This document shows positions 62,906-64,000 of a DNA stretch of 64,000 nucleotides, piece by piece (positions within the stretch are counted from its first letter, which is position 1; each line of letters starts with the position of its first letter). Under the pieces are notes generated by a model. That model did no database searches, was not told where the DNA came from, and saw nothing but the letters and a program-made list of their open reading frames with translations. Made by a program: the position numbers and the translations under genes. Source of the stretch: Bugula neritina (lineage: Eukaryota; Animalia; Bryozoa); the NCBI GenBank assembly GCA_964035545.1, contig OZ037767.1, positions 8,256,581 through 8,320,580 on the forward strand, in the 5' to 3' direction.

Positions 62906-63334
62906 TGTAGTAGTTTTGTGGTAGAATGCAGTTTAAGTAGAGAGCATAACTCCAGTATAGTAAAAACAAGATGTGGTAGTGATCTCAAGTAGATAAATCT
63001 TTATTGCAGAGTAAATAGCTAGGTAAAAAGGTAGTCTTGATGTGGCGAACTCTAGTAGTAGACTGATTCTACGCAGCATGCTCGCCTCCTTTTATACAAG
63101 AAAACGGTCTTTATTCTCATCCTGTCTAATTGTCAGAGCCCGACAATCGGCACCTTCTGACAATTGAACTCCAACATCGGTACTTTGGTCCGATGTCGAA
63201 GCTCGACAGTCGGTACTTGTGCCAAAAATCGGACAGGATCAAATTACATAATCGTGTTACATTAATGTTAAAAATAAAAATAAAATATGATGCATGAAAG
63301 ACAACTCTAATGTAATATATATATTTCCACTACA
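62906..63334 (-). mobile_element. Solo LTR (429 bp)
   Basis: TGTAGT..ACTACA termini, TSD CAGG, TATAAAA and AATAAA on the minus strand. Confidence 0.85.
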
Positions 63335-64000
63335 CAGGTGATCATTAGCCAATCCAAATGCGTTGATCATACATCACTACAATAGGAGATAGCGTAGCGT
63401 GGTGCATCATAGTGAATACAACTAATTACTACGTAAATATAACAGAGTGTAGTATGGGAGTTGTGTCACTTCTGATGGAACCACAAATTTTTACATCTCC
63501 CCCTCCATTGGAAGGTACAGCTGCTGATAGTCTAAAATGTCTGCCAGACCAAAGACAAGACATGACAGCAAAGAGTCAAAACAGGTTTACAAAAAGCAAA
63601 GCAATAAATGTGTAACAGCCACCACCGTGGCACAAAGGCTCTAAATTGTATCATGCATAAAATGTTATTTTTAAATTTGTATACACTGTTATTATTAATT
63701 TTTGCCCATGAAACCTGCATAATATAATATTGGACATATAATTTTTAGAATAGACTTTCCCATAACCAAATAAACAGGAGTATAATACAATTTATAATAT
63801 GATACATGCAATGTACGCTACTCACACAACCACCAGTCAAGGCAGATCATCGGGTCTAAGACGATCTTGCTGTACAATTAAACAATATGCAAAGTAGCTG
63901 GTAGTCAGCCTACTATTAAAAAATTTTTGGAGTCGGGTCAATTTTGCGACTGTCCGGCGTTCTTTACATAGTCTAGCAAATCGCCGTTGTACTCTATCTA

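Noticed and set aside
63412-63720. Short ORFs near the window end
   Set aside because: No recognisable motifs or consistent splice structure.

Overview
This is AT-rich eukaryotic (metazoan-like) genomic DNA. A minus-strand host gene encoding a secreted or cell-surface Cys-rich EGF-like protein can be spliced by hand from 6 coding exons, from ATG 56333 to beyond base 1. Its first two coding introns (~37 kb and ~17 kb) are filled with Ty3/Gypsy LTR retrotransposons. Five are full-length with LTRs, 4-bp TSDs and a tRNA-Leu PBS (A 2334-9959 -, B 9964-18205 +, C 19146-26811 -, D 28529-36098 +, E 38147-45625 -). There are also a decayed copy (F), a further fragment and two solo LTRs. Upstream of the ATG lie a very young gag-only LTR element (G 56660-62201) and a third solo LTR. 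The window also holds four CACTA-like non-autonomous DNA elements, a Harbinger-like MITE, tRNA-derived repeats and satellites. The most notable observation is a third ORF in the env position of five of the Gypsy copies. It is not env: it encodes a conserved C2H2+C2HC zinc-finger protein with a basic patch and a C-terminal coiled coil. In two distinct families it is split by a sense-strand phase-1 spliceosomal intron after a tiny ATG-TCT exon. It is a candidate retrotransposon-encoded transcription regulator. Other points of interest are head-to-head re-insertion at shared TSDs, an element with discordant U3 regions, and a Gag with a transmembrane-like segment. All calls were made by eye and no database searches were run.
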